This document shows, piece after piece, positions 1-10,575 of a stretch of DNA of 64,000 nt; the first letter of the stretch is position 1, and each line of letters starts with the position of its first letter. The position numbers were made by a program, and so were the translations under genes. Location: contig OY970368.1 of assembly GCA_963718615.1 (NCBI GenBank), positions 4,702,524 to 4,766,523 on the forward strand. Reading direction: 5' to 3'. The notes beneath the pieces were generated by a model that saw nothing but the letters and a program-made list of their open reading frames with translations, was not told where the DNA came from and ran no database searches. Source of the stretch: an uncultured cyanobacterium (GTDB lineage Bacteria > Cyanobacteriota > Cyanobacteriia > PCC-9006 > JAAUQQ01).

Positions 1-394
1 CTACGACGGCTTTGAAGCTGTTGCCGGTCCAGTGGACGAGAAAGGAACAGCCGGGCATTTTCTTGATTTGGCTGGCATCAAGCCCCTGTAAGCGCTCCGG
101 CTGGCGCGATGCCCCGTAGAACGCCTCGCCATTTTCGATTTCGTAATTTTCGAGCTCGATGTCGTTTTCCCTCGGGACAAACTTAAGGATCCGCGCCCGG
201 TAGGGCAGCATCAGGTCGATATCGTAGGCCTGTTCGAGATAAAGGCTCATGCCCTCCATTAGCGCCCAGGGCAAAGGCCGCATACAAACGCGGATGTGGG
301 CAAAAAACGGGGGATTCTCAAAAGCCTGGGGCTGATTGCTAAAATCGGCGGCCATCCAGCGGGCCAGCGTTTTAATATCCGTAGAGTGAGTCAT
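1..394 (-). CDS. Chromophore lyase CpcT/CpeT-like protein (DUF1001), C-terminus beyond the window start
   Basis: Minus-strand translation from ATG at 392-394: MTHSTDIKTLARWMAADFSNQPQAFENPPFFAHIRVCMRP...LYLEQAYDIDLMLPYRAR. This resembles the CpcT/CpeT bilin lyase N-terminus. No stop occurs before position 1, so the CDS is partial. Confidence 0.5.
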   Translation of the reverse strand, partial: MTHSTDIKTLARWMAADFSNQPQAFENPPFFAHIRVCMRPLPWALMEGMSLYLEQAYDIDLMLPYRARILKFVPRENDIELENYEIENGEAFYGASRQPERLQGLDASQIKKMPGCSFLVHWTGNSFKAVV

Positions 395-440
395 CTAACC
401 TAGAGATTCGAAAATCATTGTTATGTCTCTAAAATTCTAA

Positions 441-1694
441 ATGCTTCCCAGCGACCTCCTGATCAACCGCCTCTCCGGCGAAGCCATTGTCCCCAAGCGG
501 CTGGAGATCAATGGGGAACATCGGGCGATCGCCCAAAACCTGATCGACTGCTTCGCCGAATTTCGCGGCCAACCCCAGGGAGAACTCGATCGCCGTCTGA
601 CGGAGCTAGAGGGAGACAGTCCTGACTACAAGCTCAAACGGGGGCTGGCCCATTTGCTGCGCAAAGGCTTTTGTACCTTTGAGGCGGTGAGTCCGCTGGA
701 TCCCATTGAACTGCGTCGTCGGGCCTTTGCGAGCGCTGCCCAATCCATCCCCAGCCCCAGCCAAACCGAAGTCACCCTCACCCAGTTGGCCCAGGAGCTG
801 ACCGCAGAACTCGGCCAAGAAGTCTTGGCCCAACAGCTCCGGGATGGTCTCTACGCCGACCTCCCCAGCAACCACATCCTGACGGAATACGAAGCCCCCA
901 GCGCCGAAGCGCTCCTGCACCGCTACAACCTTTCCCAGGTCCAGGGCATTTTCTACCAGGCCACCCAGGTCGTCCTCAATGCCCACCGCAACGACCCCGG
1001 CGAATACAAACTGCTGTTTCGCTATCTCAAGCTGTTTCAGCTCATGGCCTACATTGAAGGCGACGCCGACCATGGCTTTACCATCACCGTCGATGGTCCC
1101 ACCAGTTTGTTCAAAGCCAGCACCCGCTACGGCCTCTCCCTGGCCAAATTGCTCCCGGCCCTGCTCCACGTCACCCGCTGGAGCTTGACCGCCCATCTCC
1201 AACGCCGGGATTTCTACAGCCGCGAACTGCGCAAGGGTCTGTTTAGTCTTGATTCCGATTGCGGTCTGGTCAGCCACTATCCCCCCGGCAAAACCTACGA
1301 CAGTTTGTTGGAGGAGTCCTTTGTCAAGGGCTGGGAGAAACTCAAAACCGACTGGCGACTAGAGCGGGAAGTGGATTTGATTCCGATTCCGGGGTCGGTG
1401 ATGATTCCGGATTTTCGCTTGGTGCATCCGTCGGGACTGTCTTTTCTGCTGGAAATTGTCGGCTACTGGCGACCGGAATATCTCCGCAAAAAATTTTCCC
1501 AGGTCCGTCAGTCAGGGCGGGATGACTTAATTCTGGCGATTTCTGAACGGCTCAACCTCGAAAAAGCTGGGGTAAAAGCTGAGCAGATTCCCGTGCCGGT
1601 GGTTTGGTTCAAGGATCGATTGTCACCCAAGAGCGTTTTAGCTGTGTTGCCCGAGCTCGATTCTGCCCAAGCCCCTCGTACAATGGAAGACTGA
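441..1694 (+). CDS. DUF790-family (Bax1-like) predicted nuclease
   Basis: 417-aa ORF. The N-terminus MLPSDLLINRLSGEAIVPKRL and the C-terminal PD-(D/E)xK-like IPDFRLV...LEIVGYWRPEYLRKK recall DUF790/Bax1 nucleases. The family assignment is from memory. Confidence 0.45.
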   Translation: MLPSDLLINRLSGEAIVPKRLEINGEHRAIAQNLIDCFAEFRGQPQGELDRRLTELEGDSPDYKLKRGLAHLLRKGFCTFEAVSPLDPIELRRRAFASAAQSIPSPSQTEVTLTQLAQELTAELGQEVLAQQLRDGLYADLPSNHILTEYEAPSAEALLHRYNLSQVQGIFYQATQVVLNAHRNDPGEYKLLFRYLKLFQLMAYIEGDADHGFTITVDGPTSLFKASTRYGLSLAKLLPALLHVTRWSLTAHLQRRDFYSRELRKGLFSLDSDCGLVSHYPPGKTYDSLLEESFVKGWEKLKTDWRLEREVDLIPIPGSVMIPDFRLVHPSGLSFLLEIVGYWRPEYLRKKFSQVRQSGRDDLILAISERLNLEKAGVKAEQIPVPVVWFKDRLSPKSVLAVLPELDSAQAPRTMED

Positions 1695-1725
1695 TGTCTA
1701 GCAAATTGAGCAAGTCCTTATCCCT

Positions 1726-1980
1726 ATGGTCAGGCCCCAAGACGTCGAAACGATGATCCAAGCGAAATTTCCTGATGCTCAGGTTCAGGTGCAAGACCTG
1801 ACGGGCGGCGGCGATCATTATCAGGTCACCGTCGTGTCTGAAGCCTTTGCGGGCAAGTCCCTGGTTCAGCAGCACCAAATGGTCTACGGCGCGGTTAATG
1901 ATGCCATGGCCAGCGAAGCCATCCATGCCCTAGCGCTCAAAACCTATACGCCGGAGAAGTGGGCTGCTACGAATCCTTGA
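1726..1980 (+). CDS. BolA-family protein
   Basis: 84 aa with BolA-like pattern (...[31 protein letters not shown]...). It sits immediately upstream of a CGFS glutaredoxin, which is the conserved BolA-Grx neighbourhood. Confidence 0.8.
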   Translation: MVRPQDVETMIQAKFPDAQVQVQDLTGGGDHYQVTVVSEAFAGKSLVQQHQMVYGAVNDAMASEAIHALALKTYTPEKWAATNP

Positions 1981-2099
1981 GGCCGATTGTCGTCTGGCTC
2001 CTTGCGGGGCGATCGCCTAAAGTAAAATCATTGCCCATTCACCGACAGCCCATTGACCGACAGCCCATTCACTTAACGTTGATTGAACCCAAATCCCCC

Positions 2100-2423
2100 A
2101 TGAATCCAGAACTCAAAACCAAACTCGATGCCCTAGTCCAAGACAATAAGATCATGGTCTTCATGAAGGGCAATAAGCTCATGCCCCAGTGCGGCTTTTC
2201 CAACAATGTCGTGCAGATTCTGAGCACCCTCGGCATACCCTTTGAAACCGTTGATGTTCTTGCAGACCCTGACATCCGCCAAGGCATCAAAGAATATTCC
2301 AATTGGCCGACCATTCCCCAGGTCTATATCAATGGGCAATTTATCGGCGGTTCCGACATTCTCATCGAACTCTATCAAAGCGGTGAGCTACAGCAGATGG
2401 TTGAGGTAGCGCTCGCATCCTAG
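2100..2423 (+). CDS. grxD: Monothiol (CGFS) glutaredoxin, Grx4/GrxD type
   Basis: Translation from ATG 2100: [41 protein letters not shown]...[19 protein letters not shown], with the CGFS active site. The ORF track starts earlier at 1959, but conserved family length favours 2100. Confidence 0.85.
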   Translation: MNPELKTKLDALVQDNKIMVFMKGNKLMPQCGFSNNVVQILSTLGIPFETVDVLADPDIRQGIKEYSNWPTIPQVYINGQFIGGSDILIELYQSGELQQMVEVALAS

Positions 2424-2475
2424 ACTTCCTAGACCTCCTAGACCTCTTAGGAACGCCGTTAGGAACTCAGATTGA

Positions 2476-2511
2476 AAAAGCCTCCGCATTTCTACGGAGG
2501 CTTTTGTTTTT
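2476..2511 (+). terminator. Rho-independent terminator after grxD
   Basis: Hairpin aaaagcctccg / cggaggctttt with loop catttcta, followed by gttttt. An A-tract upstream makes it potentially bidirectional. Confidence 0.6.
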
Positions 2512-2753
2512 GAAAAAGAGAAAAGCCGTGAACCCACGGTTCTCAATTTTTTGAGAAAGGATATATCACTAGACAGAAATAACTTTTTTCAAGGAATTTA
2601 ACGAGCTAACCAGCGACCCTAAGCTTCTGGCAGACGCGCCTCTTAAGTTCGATCGCCATCAAACCCTAAACAGGACACCATTCGCTAGCTCTTTGTTGGC
2701 CAAAAAGCCTCTACTGCTTCTCCGGTTATTCTCAAGGAATAGCGAAGAAGGAA

Positions 2754-3011
2754 TTAGTAGCGAAAGTCCCGTTCTAGTTCCGGCTGGGGCATATAGGATT
2801 CGAAGTTTGAGGGATCGTAGAGAAACCTCATCGTCTCTTCTTCAAGGCGATGGACATGGAAGGTCTCGACCGTACTGGTATTGCGGAGAGCCGCCAAATA
2901 GCCATCGAGATACAGCCGAAGATCATCCAAGCGATAGCCACGCTCCCAGAGCTCTACCATCGCATCCGTGAGCTTTTGATAGTGACGAATCGCAGCGGGG
3001 TTTTGTAGCAT
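2754..3011 (-). CDS. Conserved hypothetical protein (85 aa)
   Basis: Clean ORF with typical codon usage. No family recognised. Confidence 0.35.
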   Translation of the reverse strand: MLQNPAAIRHYQKLTDAMVELWERGYRLDDLRLYLDGYLAALRNTSTVETFHVHRLEEETMRFLYDPSNFESYMPQPELERDFRY

Positions 3012-3367
3012 AGCAAAACCTTAAGTTTTGTATTCATCAAAGGGTGACAAGACCAGAGGCTTCTAGCCAATGCGGCAGAAACGGTCTGGACAACGAAACC
3101 TAAACGAAGCTTAGAAGAGAAGCCGTACTCTAAAATTGTACTGTGAATCGCTCAGTTGGTGAGTGCGGTCTACCGATTCCCGAAAAAATCATCATTTGGT
3201 CATAATTTTTCGCTTGAGCGTCAAGGTCAGTTTGTAAAACATTGCGTACTTTTATTGAAAAATCTGGCGAGAATCTTTTTCTCAGACCAAGATCAAAACC
3301 TAATAACAGGATAATGCGCTGAACTTCAAGGGAAGTAGCGGCAGTTACAAACGCTTGGGCTGGCGAT

Positions 3368-4372
3368 TTGTTAACGTTACGTTACGGTCTGAAGTGTGCT
3401 TCATCATACTGGGGCTTCCGACGAGATACGGGCAGCATTTTTTGTGAGTGTACCTCTGTGGCTTCTGTACAAATACAGCTAATAGCCGGTAATCCTCACC
3501 TTCGCTCTCTGCTAAGCTGGCATCTTCAGCAGGGCGGGTATCGGGTGTGTCAGGCTATGGGGGCACGTCAGGCGCGTGAACAACTCCAACAGCGATCGCC
3601 CATCCTCGTGGTTTTGGATTGCGAACTGGCGGATGGGGAAGGTTTAGAGCTTTGTCGCTGGATTCGAGCAAACTCTGCGGCATTGCTGATGATGCTCTCG
3701 ACCAAGGGCGCTGAGGGAGATGTAGTCGATGGGCTGCGCTCGGGAGCGGATGACTACGTCACCAAACCCTTTGGCATGCAGGAATTTTTGGCCCGAGTCG
3801 AAGCGCTGATGAGGCGAACGCGGCCTACGTCTCCCCCCGCCCTACTGCATTATGGGGATTTAGAAGTCGATTTAATCCAGCGGCGAGTCCGGCTTTTAGC
3901 GCAGCAGATTGAGCTCACCCCCCAGGAGTTTAGTCTGCTGTATGTTTTGGTGCAAGCGGGTGGTGGGGCGCTATCGCGCAGTGATATTTTGCATCGAGCT
4001 TGGCCAGACGGCATTGATAATCCGAGGACGGTAGATACCCATATTCTCTCTTTGCGTAAAAAACTAGAGGTGGATCCACGTCAGCCCAGTTTGATTCAGA
4101 CTGTCCGGAATGTGGGCTATCGGTTTAATTTGGATGTTTTGGAAAGCGGCCATCGCGCGGAAGAGGGGTCACCCGGTGGCAATCCGTCGCCGAGCGCTCT
4201 CCCGGCAAATCCGACCTTAGGCGGGCAACCGTTATCGGGTAGTGTGGCGGATCCTGATTCCGACTCCAGGGGCAGCGAGGATAGCCATGGCAATGGGCAT
4301 GGGCGGCAGCCGGGTTCGTCGCTGTCTCCGGTGAGTCAGTCGTCCATGGGTCAGTGGCGTTCCTCTCAGTAG
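3368..4372 (+). CDS. OmpR-family response regulator (receiver + winged-helix) with long C-terminal low-complexity tail
   Basis: Receiver-like segment VQIQLIAG...ILVVLDCELADGEG...DDYVTKPF and trans_reg_C segment ELTPQEFSLLYVLVQ...RTVDTHILSLRKKLE...VRNVGYRFN. The true start is uncertain: a GTG near 3459 is possible. An 80-aa Ser/Gly/Pro-rich tail follows the wHTH. Confidence 0.65.
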   Translation: MLTLRYGLKCASSYWGFRRDTGSIFCECTSVASVQIQLIAGNPHLRSLLSWHLQQGGYRVCQAMGARQAREQLQQRSPILVVLDCELADGEGLELCRWIRANSAALLMMLSTKGAEGDVVDGLRSGADDYVTKPFGMQEFLARVEALMRRTRPTSPPALLHYGDLEVDLIQRRVRLLAQQIELTPQEFSLLYVLVQAGGGALSRSDILHRAWPDGIDNPRTVDTHILSLRKKLEVDPRQPSLIQTVRNVGYRFNLDVLESGHRAEEGSPGGNPSPSALPANPTLGGQPLSGSVADPDSDSRGSEDSHGNGHGRQPGSSLSPVSQSSMGQWRSSQ

Positions 4373-4429
4373 CCTTTATTGCAGTCGTCTTTATTGCAGT
4401 CGCCTTTGTTTTATTCGGCGATCTATGTT

Positions 4430-5302
4430 CTAGGCGATATCCTCGTCGTCCCAGTCTTCTGCCTCTGCTTCAGATTGCTGGGATGGGGGGGCCAAACGGA
4501 CTTGCAAAGCTTCCCAATCCTCGATGCTCGTGGGGGCGGTGCGGGGTAAATCTTCTAGGAGTCGACCTCGCTGGAGGCCCAGCAGGCGTTGGCCGAAGAG
4601 AATGGGATAGGAGCTCAAGGATAAGCCGTGCAATCGGCTGGCCCAAACGATCGCCAGTCCTGGGGGATGGGTCTGGCTCAACGCCTCCCAGACCGCTGGG
4701 GAGAAGGGCGAAGTCTGGCGCAGCTGAGGGTCGCTGGGTTCATCCAGGAGCAGGATTTGGGGGTCTAGGACTAAGGCACGGGCGATCGCCACGCGCTGTT
4801 TTTCCAGGGGAGAGAGCTCGGTTTCAGTGCGATCGAGCTGGGCGGTAGAAATTTCTAGGCGGTCAGTCCAGGTGGCAAGCCGTTGCTGAATCGTGAGAGC
4901 GGGGAGTTTTTGGAGCTGGAGGGGATAGGCGATCGCCTCCTTCACCGTCATTCCCAACAAACGCGGCACCTCCGAGACCCAAACCACCTGACGACGTAGG
5001 GTCGGTGCATCCCACTGGTTGAGGGGCTTGCCTTGAAACAGAATGTCACCTTGGCTGGGTGAGAGTAGTCCGTTCAAAAGCCGCAGGAGCAGGGTTTTGC
5101 CGCTGCCGGATTGGCCGAGGAGGAGGAGGCGATCGCCCCCCTGCACTTCAAAGTTCAAGTCCTGCAACAAAAACAAGTTGCCCCGCCGGGGCTGCAGACT
5201 GACGCCGCGAACAGCGAGCAACGGTTGAGGCGTAGCCCCAGGCGGCATCCAGGAAGCCGTCATTAGGTCAGCCCTAGGTGGCCAGTGCTGCCAGCGGTCC
5301 AC
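4430..5302 (-). CDS. ABC transporter ATP-binding protein
   Basis: Walker A GQSGSGKT, ABC signature LSPLEKQRVAIARAL and Walker B LLLDEPS. Confidence 0.8.
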   Translation of the reverse strand: MDRWQHWPPRADLMTASWMPPGATPQPLLAVRGVSLQPRRGNLFLLQDLNFEVQGGDRLLLLGQSGSGKTLLLRLLNGLLSPSQGDILFQGKPLNQWDAPTLRRQVVWVSEVPRLLGMTVKEAIAYPLQLQKLPALTIQQRLATWTDRLEISTAQLDRTETELSPLEKQRVAIARALVLDPQILLLDEPSDPQLRQTSPFSPAVWEALSQTHPPGLAIVWASRLHGLSLSSYPILFGQRLLGLQRGRLLEDLPRTAPTSIEDWEALQVRLAPPSQQSEAEAEDWDDEDIA

Positions 5303-5871
5303 AGCACCCAGGTATCCGTGAGCAGTAACAGACCCGTTAGCCCCAAAAGGATGAAATACATCCAGGGCTGGGCCAGGGGCCGCACATCGCGGGTGTCAAT
5401 GCCTGTATGGGTTTCTACTAGTTTTACCAATCGGGCAAAGCCCGCGATCCGCATGGGCAGCAAAAAGGCCTGACCAGCTTCGTTGAGAAAATAATAGACA
5501 ATCCCGCCCTGGCCTGTGGAACGGGGTTTGAGGCTGCGGATCTCGGACCAATTGAGGGACCAGGAGCGTCGCCAAAGCCACTGAGCCCAAGGGGCGTAGG
5601 TGAGGGTGAGGCCGGTGTCGGTGACGATGACCCGTTCGGTTAAGGCGGCGTAGAGGGCGATCGCCCCCAAGGCTTGCCCCACCGTCAAGAGCAAGGGCGA
5701 AACGCCGCTCCCCGTCACCTGGGCTAATACCGGGAGTGGCAGGGTTAGCGCAGTATAAAACAGCAGCAACGTCAGCCGAATCAGCATCGAAATCCGAAAG
5801 ATTTGCTCAAAGACTGGCTCAGAGATTGGTTCAGAGATTGGTTCAGAGGCTGGTTCATTCACCATGGCCAA
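5263..5871 (-). CDS. Hypothetical membrane protein, likely co-transcribed with the ABC ATPase
   Basis: 202 aa with several hydrophobic helices, overlapping the downstream ABC ATPase by 40 nt. The N-terminus has EPISEPISEP, encoded by a tandem 12-nt repeat at 5807-5860. Confidence 0.4.
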   Translation of the reverse strand: MAMVNEPASEPISEPISEPVFEQIFRISMLIRLTLLLFYTALTLPLPVLAQVTGSGVSPLLLTVGQALGAIALYAALTERVIVTDTGLTLTYAPWAQWLWRRSWSLNWSEIRSLKPRSTGQGGIVYYFLNEAGQAFLLPMRIAGFARLVKLVETHTGIDTRDVRPLAQPWMYFILLGLTGLLLLTDTWVLWTAGSTGHLGLT

Positions 5872-6073
5872 ACACCTCCCGTTCTCGACCGACCCACCAT
5901 TCCCCTAATTTCATCAAATCCTGGTGGATGTCTTGCAGCGTGGCCATGTAATCCTCGGGGGTCATCTCCGAGCGCTGCTCCTGGAGCTTTTTGAGCCGCA
6001 ATTGCACCAGCAGCCAAGGCTTGCTGATGCCGTTGGTCTGATAGATATATTGTCCAAGCTGTTCGCTGTCCAT
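5855..6073 (-). CDS. Small hypothetical protein (72 aa)
   Basis: Translation from ATG 6073: MDSEQLGQYIYQTNGISKPWLLVQLRLKKLQEQRSEMTPEDYMATLQDIHQDLMKLGEWWVGREREVFGHGE. The longer 134-aa track ORF has a low-complexity N-terminal extension that is probably not translated. Confidence 0.3.
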   Translation of the reverse strand: MDSEQLGQYIYQTNGISKPWLLVQLRLKKLQEQRSEMTPEDYMATLQDIHQDLMKLGEWWVGREREVFGHGE

Positions 6074-6260
6074 GGATGGGGATGGATGGGGATGGATCCA
6101 GTTGAAGGGGATACGCAGTATTTTGCCGTACTTTTTAGGGTAACGCTTCGCGAGCGAGGGGGGAGGCATTGCGGGCTGAAATTCCGGGCAAGCGTCGATC
6201 CTGGGACCGACGGGAGAGATTATGATAAGTGAGATTTTTTCACCCACCTGAACCTTCACT

Positions 6261-6911
6261 ATGGCCTTGCAACTGCGTGTTTATGTCCCGCCTCATCCCC
6301 TGATTCGCCACTGGCTGGCGGTGGCTCGGGATGCGGTGACACCTTCACCCCTGTTCCGCACGGCCATGACGGAACTAGGACGCTGGTTGACCTACGAAGC
6401 TGCGCGAGAATGGCTACCCACCCTAGAGGCTCAGGTGCAAACGCCCCTGGCGGAAGCCCCGGCGACGCTGATTGACCCCAATGTGCCGGTGGTGGTGATT
6501 CCGATTTTGCGGGCGGGGCTGTCGCTGCTGGATGGGGCACAAACCCTTTTGCCCCTGGCGGCCATCTATCACTTGGGCATTGTCCGCAACGAAGAAACGC
6601 TGCAACCTTCGTTCTATTTAAACAAGTTGCCCGATCGCCTCGACCCTCAAGCCCGCATTTTGATTTTGGATCCGATGCTGGCTACCGGTGGGACACTCAC
6701 AGCGGCGCTGAATGAACTCGTGGCCCGTGGCGCAGATTTATCCTTAACCCGTGTGGTTTCCGTGGTGGCTGCACCCGTGGCGCTGCAAAGCTTGAGCGAA
6801 AACTATCCGGCGCTGACGATTTATACAGCAGCCATTGACGACGGGCTCAATCAAAGTGGCTTTATTGTTCCAGGGTTGGGAGATGCGGGCGATCGCACCT
6901 TTGGCACCTAA
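6261..6911 (+). CDS. upp: Uracil phosphoribosyltransferase
   Basis: UPRTase motifs ILRAGL, LDPMLATGGT and GLGDAGDRTFGT, at the expected length of 216 aa. Confidence 0.9.
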   Translation: MALQLRVYVPPHPLIRHWLAVARDAVTPSPLFRTAMTELGRWLTYEAAREWLPTLEAQVQTPLAEAPATLIDPNVPVVVIPILRAGLSLLDGAQTLLPLAAIYHLGIVRNEETLQPSFYLNKLPDRLDPQARILILDPMLATGGTLTAALNELVARGADLSLTRVVSVVAAPVALQSLSENYPALTIYTAAIDDGLNQSGFIVPGLGDAGDRTFGT

Positions 6912-7017
6912 TCCCCCGTCAACATCTCCTGTCAACATCCCCCGTCAGCGGATCGACTGAGCGACGGTCCTGCCCTGTAATAAACTTGAGAAAACCGTAC
7001 CGCAAAGGTAAAACGCC

Positions 7018-7374
7018 ATGAGTGAGCGCGACAATTTTGCTGGAGGCTTCATCGCAGGAGCTATTCTGGGCGGTATTTTGGGGGGTGTCTTGGGGGCAAC
7101 TCTGTCCTCCCGTTATGGTCGAGGGGAAGAAGAGGCGATCGCCAAATCCTCTGCCAAATCCTCTCAATCCTCCGCGAGTGGTCGCCGCCGCCGGGGGCAG
7201 TCGGGGGAGCGATCGCCCCTCTCGGTGCCTTCAGAAGCCCGGATCGAAGAAGCCCGCTCTAGCCTAGAAGACAAAATCGCCCAGCTCAATTCCGCTATTG
7301 ATGAAGCTCGGCTCCAGCTCAGCGAAACGGCGGTGCTCAATGCCACCAACCATCAGGCGGCGTCGGACGCTTAG
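7018..7374 (+). CDS. Hypothetical protein with N-terminal Gly-rich hydrophobic segment
   Basis: 118 aa: GGFIAGAILGGILGGVLGA, then a charged, helical C-terminus. No family recognised. Confidence 0.4.
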   Translation: MSERDNFAGGFIAGAILGGILGGVLGATLSSRYGRGEEEAIAKSSAKSSQSSASGRRRRGQSGERSPLSVPSEARIEEARSSLEDKIAQLNSAIDEARLQLSETAVLNATNHQAASDA

Positions 7375-7405
7375 GAGCTGGGGATTAGAGAGCTCAGGGT
7401 GGGGT

Positions 7406-8284
7406 TCAGGGCTCAGAGAGAATTGCTCCGCTGAGGTTCGCGCCGGTCAGGTCGGCGTTGGTGAGATTGGCGCGGCGTAGATTGGTGTCAATCAAAATGG
7501 TGTTGACCAGAATTGCCCCCGACAAATTCGACCAGGTGAGTCGGGCTCGGTAGAGGTTAGCTTCGGAAAAATCTACCTCCCGCAGACTAGACCAGTTGAG
7601 ATTGGCCCCTCGCAAATTCGCCCCTCGAAAGCTCGCCCGATACAGATTGGCCCCAATCAGGGTGACCTGGCTGAGGTCAGCCTCTTCAAAATTGCTTTGA
7701 ACCACACTGGCCCCGTTGAGCATGGCTCGGGTCAGACGGGCTTGCCTGAAATTGGCTTCATTAAGCTGGGCATTGGTCAGATTGGCTTCTTCTAGCGTCG
7801 TCTTGGCCAGATAGCTGTGCATCAGCTTGGCGCGGCTGAGATTGCTGCTCGTTAGGTCCGCATGGGAGAGATCCGCCTCTTGCAAATTGGCTTCGCTAAA
7901 GTTGGCCTGCTGAAGCTGACAGCCCCGGAGATTGGCCCGCAGCAGACAAGCGCCACGCAGGCTAGCATCCGTGAGCGTGGCCCCAGAAAGATTGGCGGCG
8001 GTGAGGTCCGCGCCAATGAAATTGGCCTCGGTGAGGTCGGCCCCCACGAGATTGGCTCCAGCAAGATTGGCATCCCGCAAATTAATGCCCTGAAGTTTAG
8101 CCCGGTTGAGATTGACGCCTCGCAGGTCCGCATCCCGCAGGCTAATTTCCTGGAGCTCGGCCCGCGAAAGCTGGCTACCTGAAAGGCTGGCATCTCGAAA
8201 AACTCGCTCACCCTCTGCATATTGCCGCAGCAACTCTGTTCCGTTCATGGCTGTCCTCGAAGTTATCCCCGAAAAAAAGATCAC
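7406..8284 (-). CDS. Pentapeptide-repeat protein
   Basis: Continuous A(D/N)LxxA(N/D)L pentapeptide repeats over about 250 aa. Confidence 0.85.
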   Translation of the reverse strand: MIFFSGITSRTAMNGTELLRQYAEGERVFRDASLSGSQLSRAELQEISLRDADLRGVNLNRAKLQGINLRDANLAGANLVGADLTEANFIGADLTAANLSGATLTDASLRGACLLRANLRGCQLQQANFSEANLQEADLSHADLTSSNLSRAKLMHSYLAKTTLEEANLTNAQLNEANFRQARLTRAMLNGASVVQSNFEEADLSQVTLIGANLYRASFRGANLRGANLNWSSLREVDFSEANLYRARLTWSNLSGAILVNTILIDTNLRRANLTNADLTGANLSGAILSEP

Positions 8285-8376
8285 CGAGGCACCCCCTAAT
8301 TACCCTGTTCGTTGTGAACCAAATGCTTCAGGATTCTGGGACAATCAGGTTCAGAGAGAATAAAGGATCAAGACCG

Positions 8377-10074
8377 ATGCCAGAAAACCGCAGAAGCCAA
8401 ATCATCACCCAGGGCGTGCAGCGATCGCCCAACCGCGCGATGCTCCGGGCCGTAGGGTTTGGCGATGAGGATTTTACCAAGCCCATCGTCGGGGTCGCCA
8501 GTGCCCACAGTACGATTACGCCCTGCAATATGGGGATTGCGCCCCTAGCGGAGCAGGCAGAAGCGGGAATCCGGCAGGCGGGGGGCATGCCCCAGATTTT
8601 TGGCACGATTACGATTAGTGACGGCATTTCCATGGGCACGGAGGGGATGAAATATTCCCTGGTGTCGCGGGATGTGATTGCGGATTCGATCGAGACGGCC
8701 TGCATGGGCCAGAGTATGGATGGGGTGTTGGCGATCGGCGGCTGCGATAAGAATATGCCCGGTGCGATGATTGCCATGGCGCGGATGAATATTCCGGCAG
8801 TCTTTGTCTATGGCGGAACAATTAAGCCCGGTCATCTGGATGGCCAAGACTTGACCGTGGTCAGTGCCTTTGAGGCGGTGGGCCAGTACAGCGCTGGACG
8901 GATCGAAGAGTCGATGCTCTATGCGGTTGAGCGCAATGCCTGTCCGGGGGCGGGATCCTGTGGGGGGATGTACACGGCGAATACGATGTCCTCGGCCTTT
9001 GAGGCGATGGGGATGAGCCTGATGTATTCGAGTACGATGTCGGCGATCGATGCAGAAAAAGCGAAGAATACGGCGCTGGCGGGTCAGGTTTTGGTGGAGG
9101 CGATTCGCAATCAGATTTTGCCGAGGGATATTATTACTCGCCAATCGATTGAGAATGCGGTGTCGGTGATTATGGCGGTGGGGGGATCGACGAATGCGGT
9201 GTTGCATTTTTTGGCGATCGCCCACGCTGCTCAAGTCGATTGGACTATCGACGATTTCGAGCGCATCCGCGCCAAGGTTCCGGTCCTCTGCGATCTCAAA
9301 CCCAGCGGTCGCTATGTTGCGACGGATTTGCATCAGGCGGGTGGTATTCCCCAGGTGATGAAAATGCTGCTCAACCATGGACTGCTCCACCCGGACTGTC
9401 TGACGGTGACTGGGGAGACGATTGCTGAGCGGCTGCGGGATGTGCCGGATGAACCGACGCCCTATGAGCCGATCGCCGGACATCCGGTGATTCGTCCCTG
9501 GGATAATCCGATGTATGCCCAGGGTCACTTGGCGATCCTTAAGGGCAATCTGGCCACGGAGGGAGCCGTGGCCAAAATCTCGGGGGTGAAAAACCCCGTG
9601 ATCACGGGACCGGCAAGGGTCTTTGAATCGGAGGAAGATTGCTTGGCGGCAGTCCTCGACAAGAAAATCAATCCCGGCGATGTGCTGGTGATTCGCTATG
9701 AAGGGCCGAAGGGTGGCCCCGGTATGCGAGAAATGCTAGCTCCGACTTCGGCGATTATCGGTGCGGGGCTTGGCGATTCTGTGGGGCTGATTACGGATGG
9801 TCGTTTCTCGGGTGGGACCTACGGGATGGTGGTGGGCCATGTTGCGCCGGAGGCTTTTGTGGGGGGAACGATTGGCTTGGTCCAGGAGGGGGATTCGATT
9901 ACGATCGATGCGCCCCAGCGGTTGCTTCAGCTCAATCTTTCCGAGGAGGAGTTGGCGCAGCGACGGGCGGCTTGGACTCAGCCGGAACCGCGTTATCAGC
10001 GGGGGGTATTGGCGAAGTATGCGAAGTTGGTTTCGACGAGTAGTTTGGGGGCGGTGACGGATCGGGATCTCTAG
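8377..10074 (+). CDS. ilvD: Dihydroxy-acid dehydratase
   Basis: 565 aa from ATG 8377 ([33 protein letters not shown]...CDKNMPG...). Full-length IlvD/EDD family. The track ORF begins 21 codons earlier. Confidence 0.95.
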   Translation: MPENRRSQIITQGVQRSPNRAMLRAVGFGDEDFTKPIVGVASAHSTITPCNMGIAPLAEQAEAGIRQAGGMPQIFGTITISDGISMGTEGMKYSLVSRDVIADSIETACMGQSMDGVLAIGGCDKNMPGAMIAMARMNIPAVFVYGGTIKPGHLDGQDLTVVSAFEAVGQYSAGRIEESMLYAVERNACPGAGSCGGMYTANTMSSAFEAMGMSLMYSSTMSAIDAEKAKNTALAGQVLVEAIRNQILPRDIITRQSIENAVSVIMAVGGSTNAVLHFLAIAHAAQVDWTIDDFERIRAKVPVLCDLKPSGRYVATDLHQAGGIPQVMKMLLNHGLLHPDCLTVTGETIAERLRDVPDEPTPYEPIAGHPVIRPWDNPMYAQGHLAILKGNLATEGAVAKISGVKNPVITGPARVFESEEDCLAAVLDKKINPGDVLVIRYEGPKGGPGMREMLAPTSAIIGAGLGDSVGLITDGRFSGGTYGMVVGHVAPEAFVGGTIGLVQEGDSITIDAPQRLLQLNLSEEELAQRRAAWTQPEPRYQRGVLAKYAKLVSTSSLGAVTDRDL

Positions 10075-10081
10075 GCAAGCC

Positions 10082-10104
10082 GGGACATGGCAATGCCATG
10101 TCCC
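10082..10104. terminator. Perfect palindromic hairpin 8 nt after the ilvD stop; member of a dispersed hairpin repeat
   Basis: gggacatggc-aat-gccatgtccc, a 10-bp stem with a 3-nt loop. A second copy at 55453-55475 carries a compensatory T/A to G/C change. There is no clear T-tract on the plus strand. Confidence 0.5.
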
Positions 10105-10575
10105 TACGGGATTCATGATGAACGTCAGTGATGCCCAAAAGTCTTCTAGCCATCTAGCGGACTGCGAACGCTTCGGCCTCCGCGATTGAGCACATGGGTG
10201 TAGATCATGGTTGTCTTGACATCTTTTTGACCCAGACGTAGACCGCTACTGTAGAGAATCTGAATCATTAGCCGATAAACCCCAGACAGGTTCTTAATGA
10301 TTGCGCAAGTCTCATCAGTCTTGTCTGAACGATAAGAATTAATGTTTGAGACGCAAGGCTTCTCGAACCCTGTCTAGAAGCTTCTTTGGAGGTTTTTGCA
10401 TGGTAGTGTGATAAATCGAATAATTCGGCAGATCACCCTAAATGGCATGATATTCAGAATAATTCTGATGTACTCCTGGGGATATAGGTCAAAATTCTGC
10501 ATATCACCCCTCAGGGAGGCAATATACGGAAAACTCTGCATACTAAATTGTTAGAATTTTTCATGACACTTTTTC

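Noticed and set aside
606-1277. 223-aa minus-strand ORF inside the DUF790 gene
   Set aside because: It is fully antisense to a longer ORF with recognisable family features. Its Gly/Ala/Val-rich composition is typical of GC-rich antisense frames.
8545-9528. 327-aa minus-strand ORF within ilvD
   Set aside because: It is antisense to a highly conserved enzyme gene. The His/Arg-rich low-complexity translation is a typical antisense artefact.
10105-10575. tRNA gene at the island boundary
   Set aside because: No cloverleaf-compatible sequence (conserved GTTC/TPsiC arm, acceptor stem) was found by eye. Only short palindromes and direct repeats are present.
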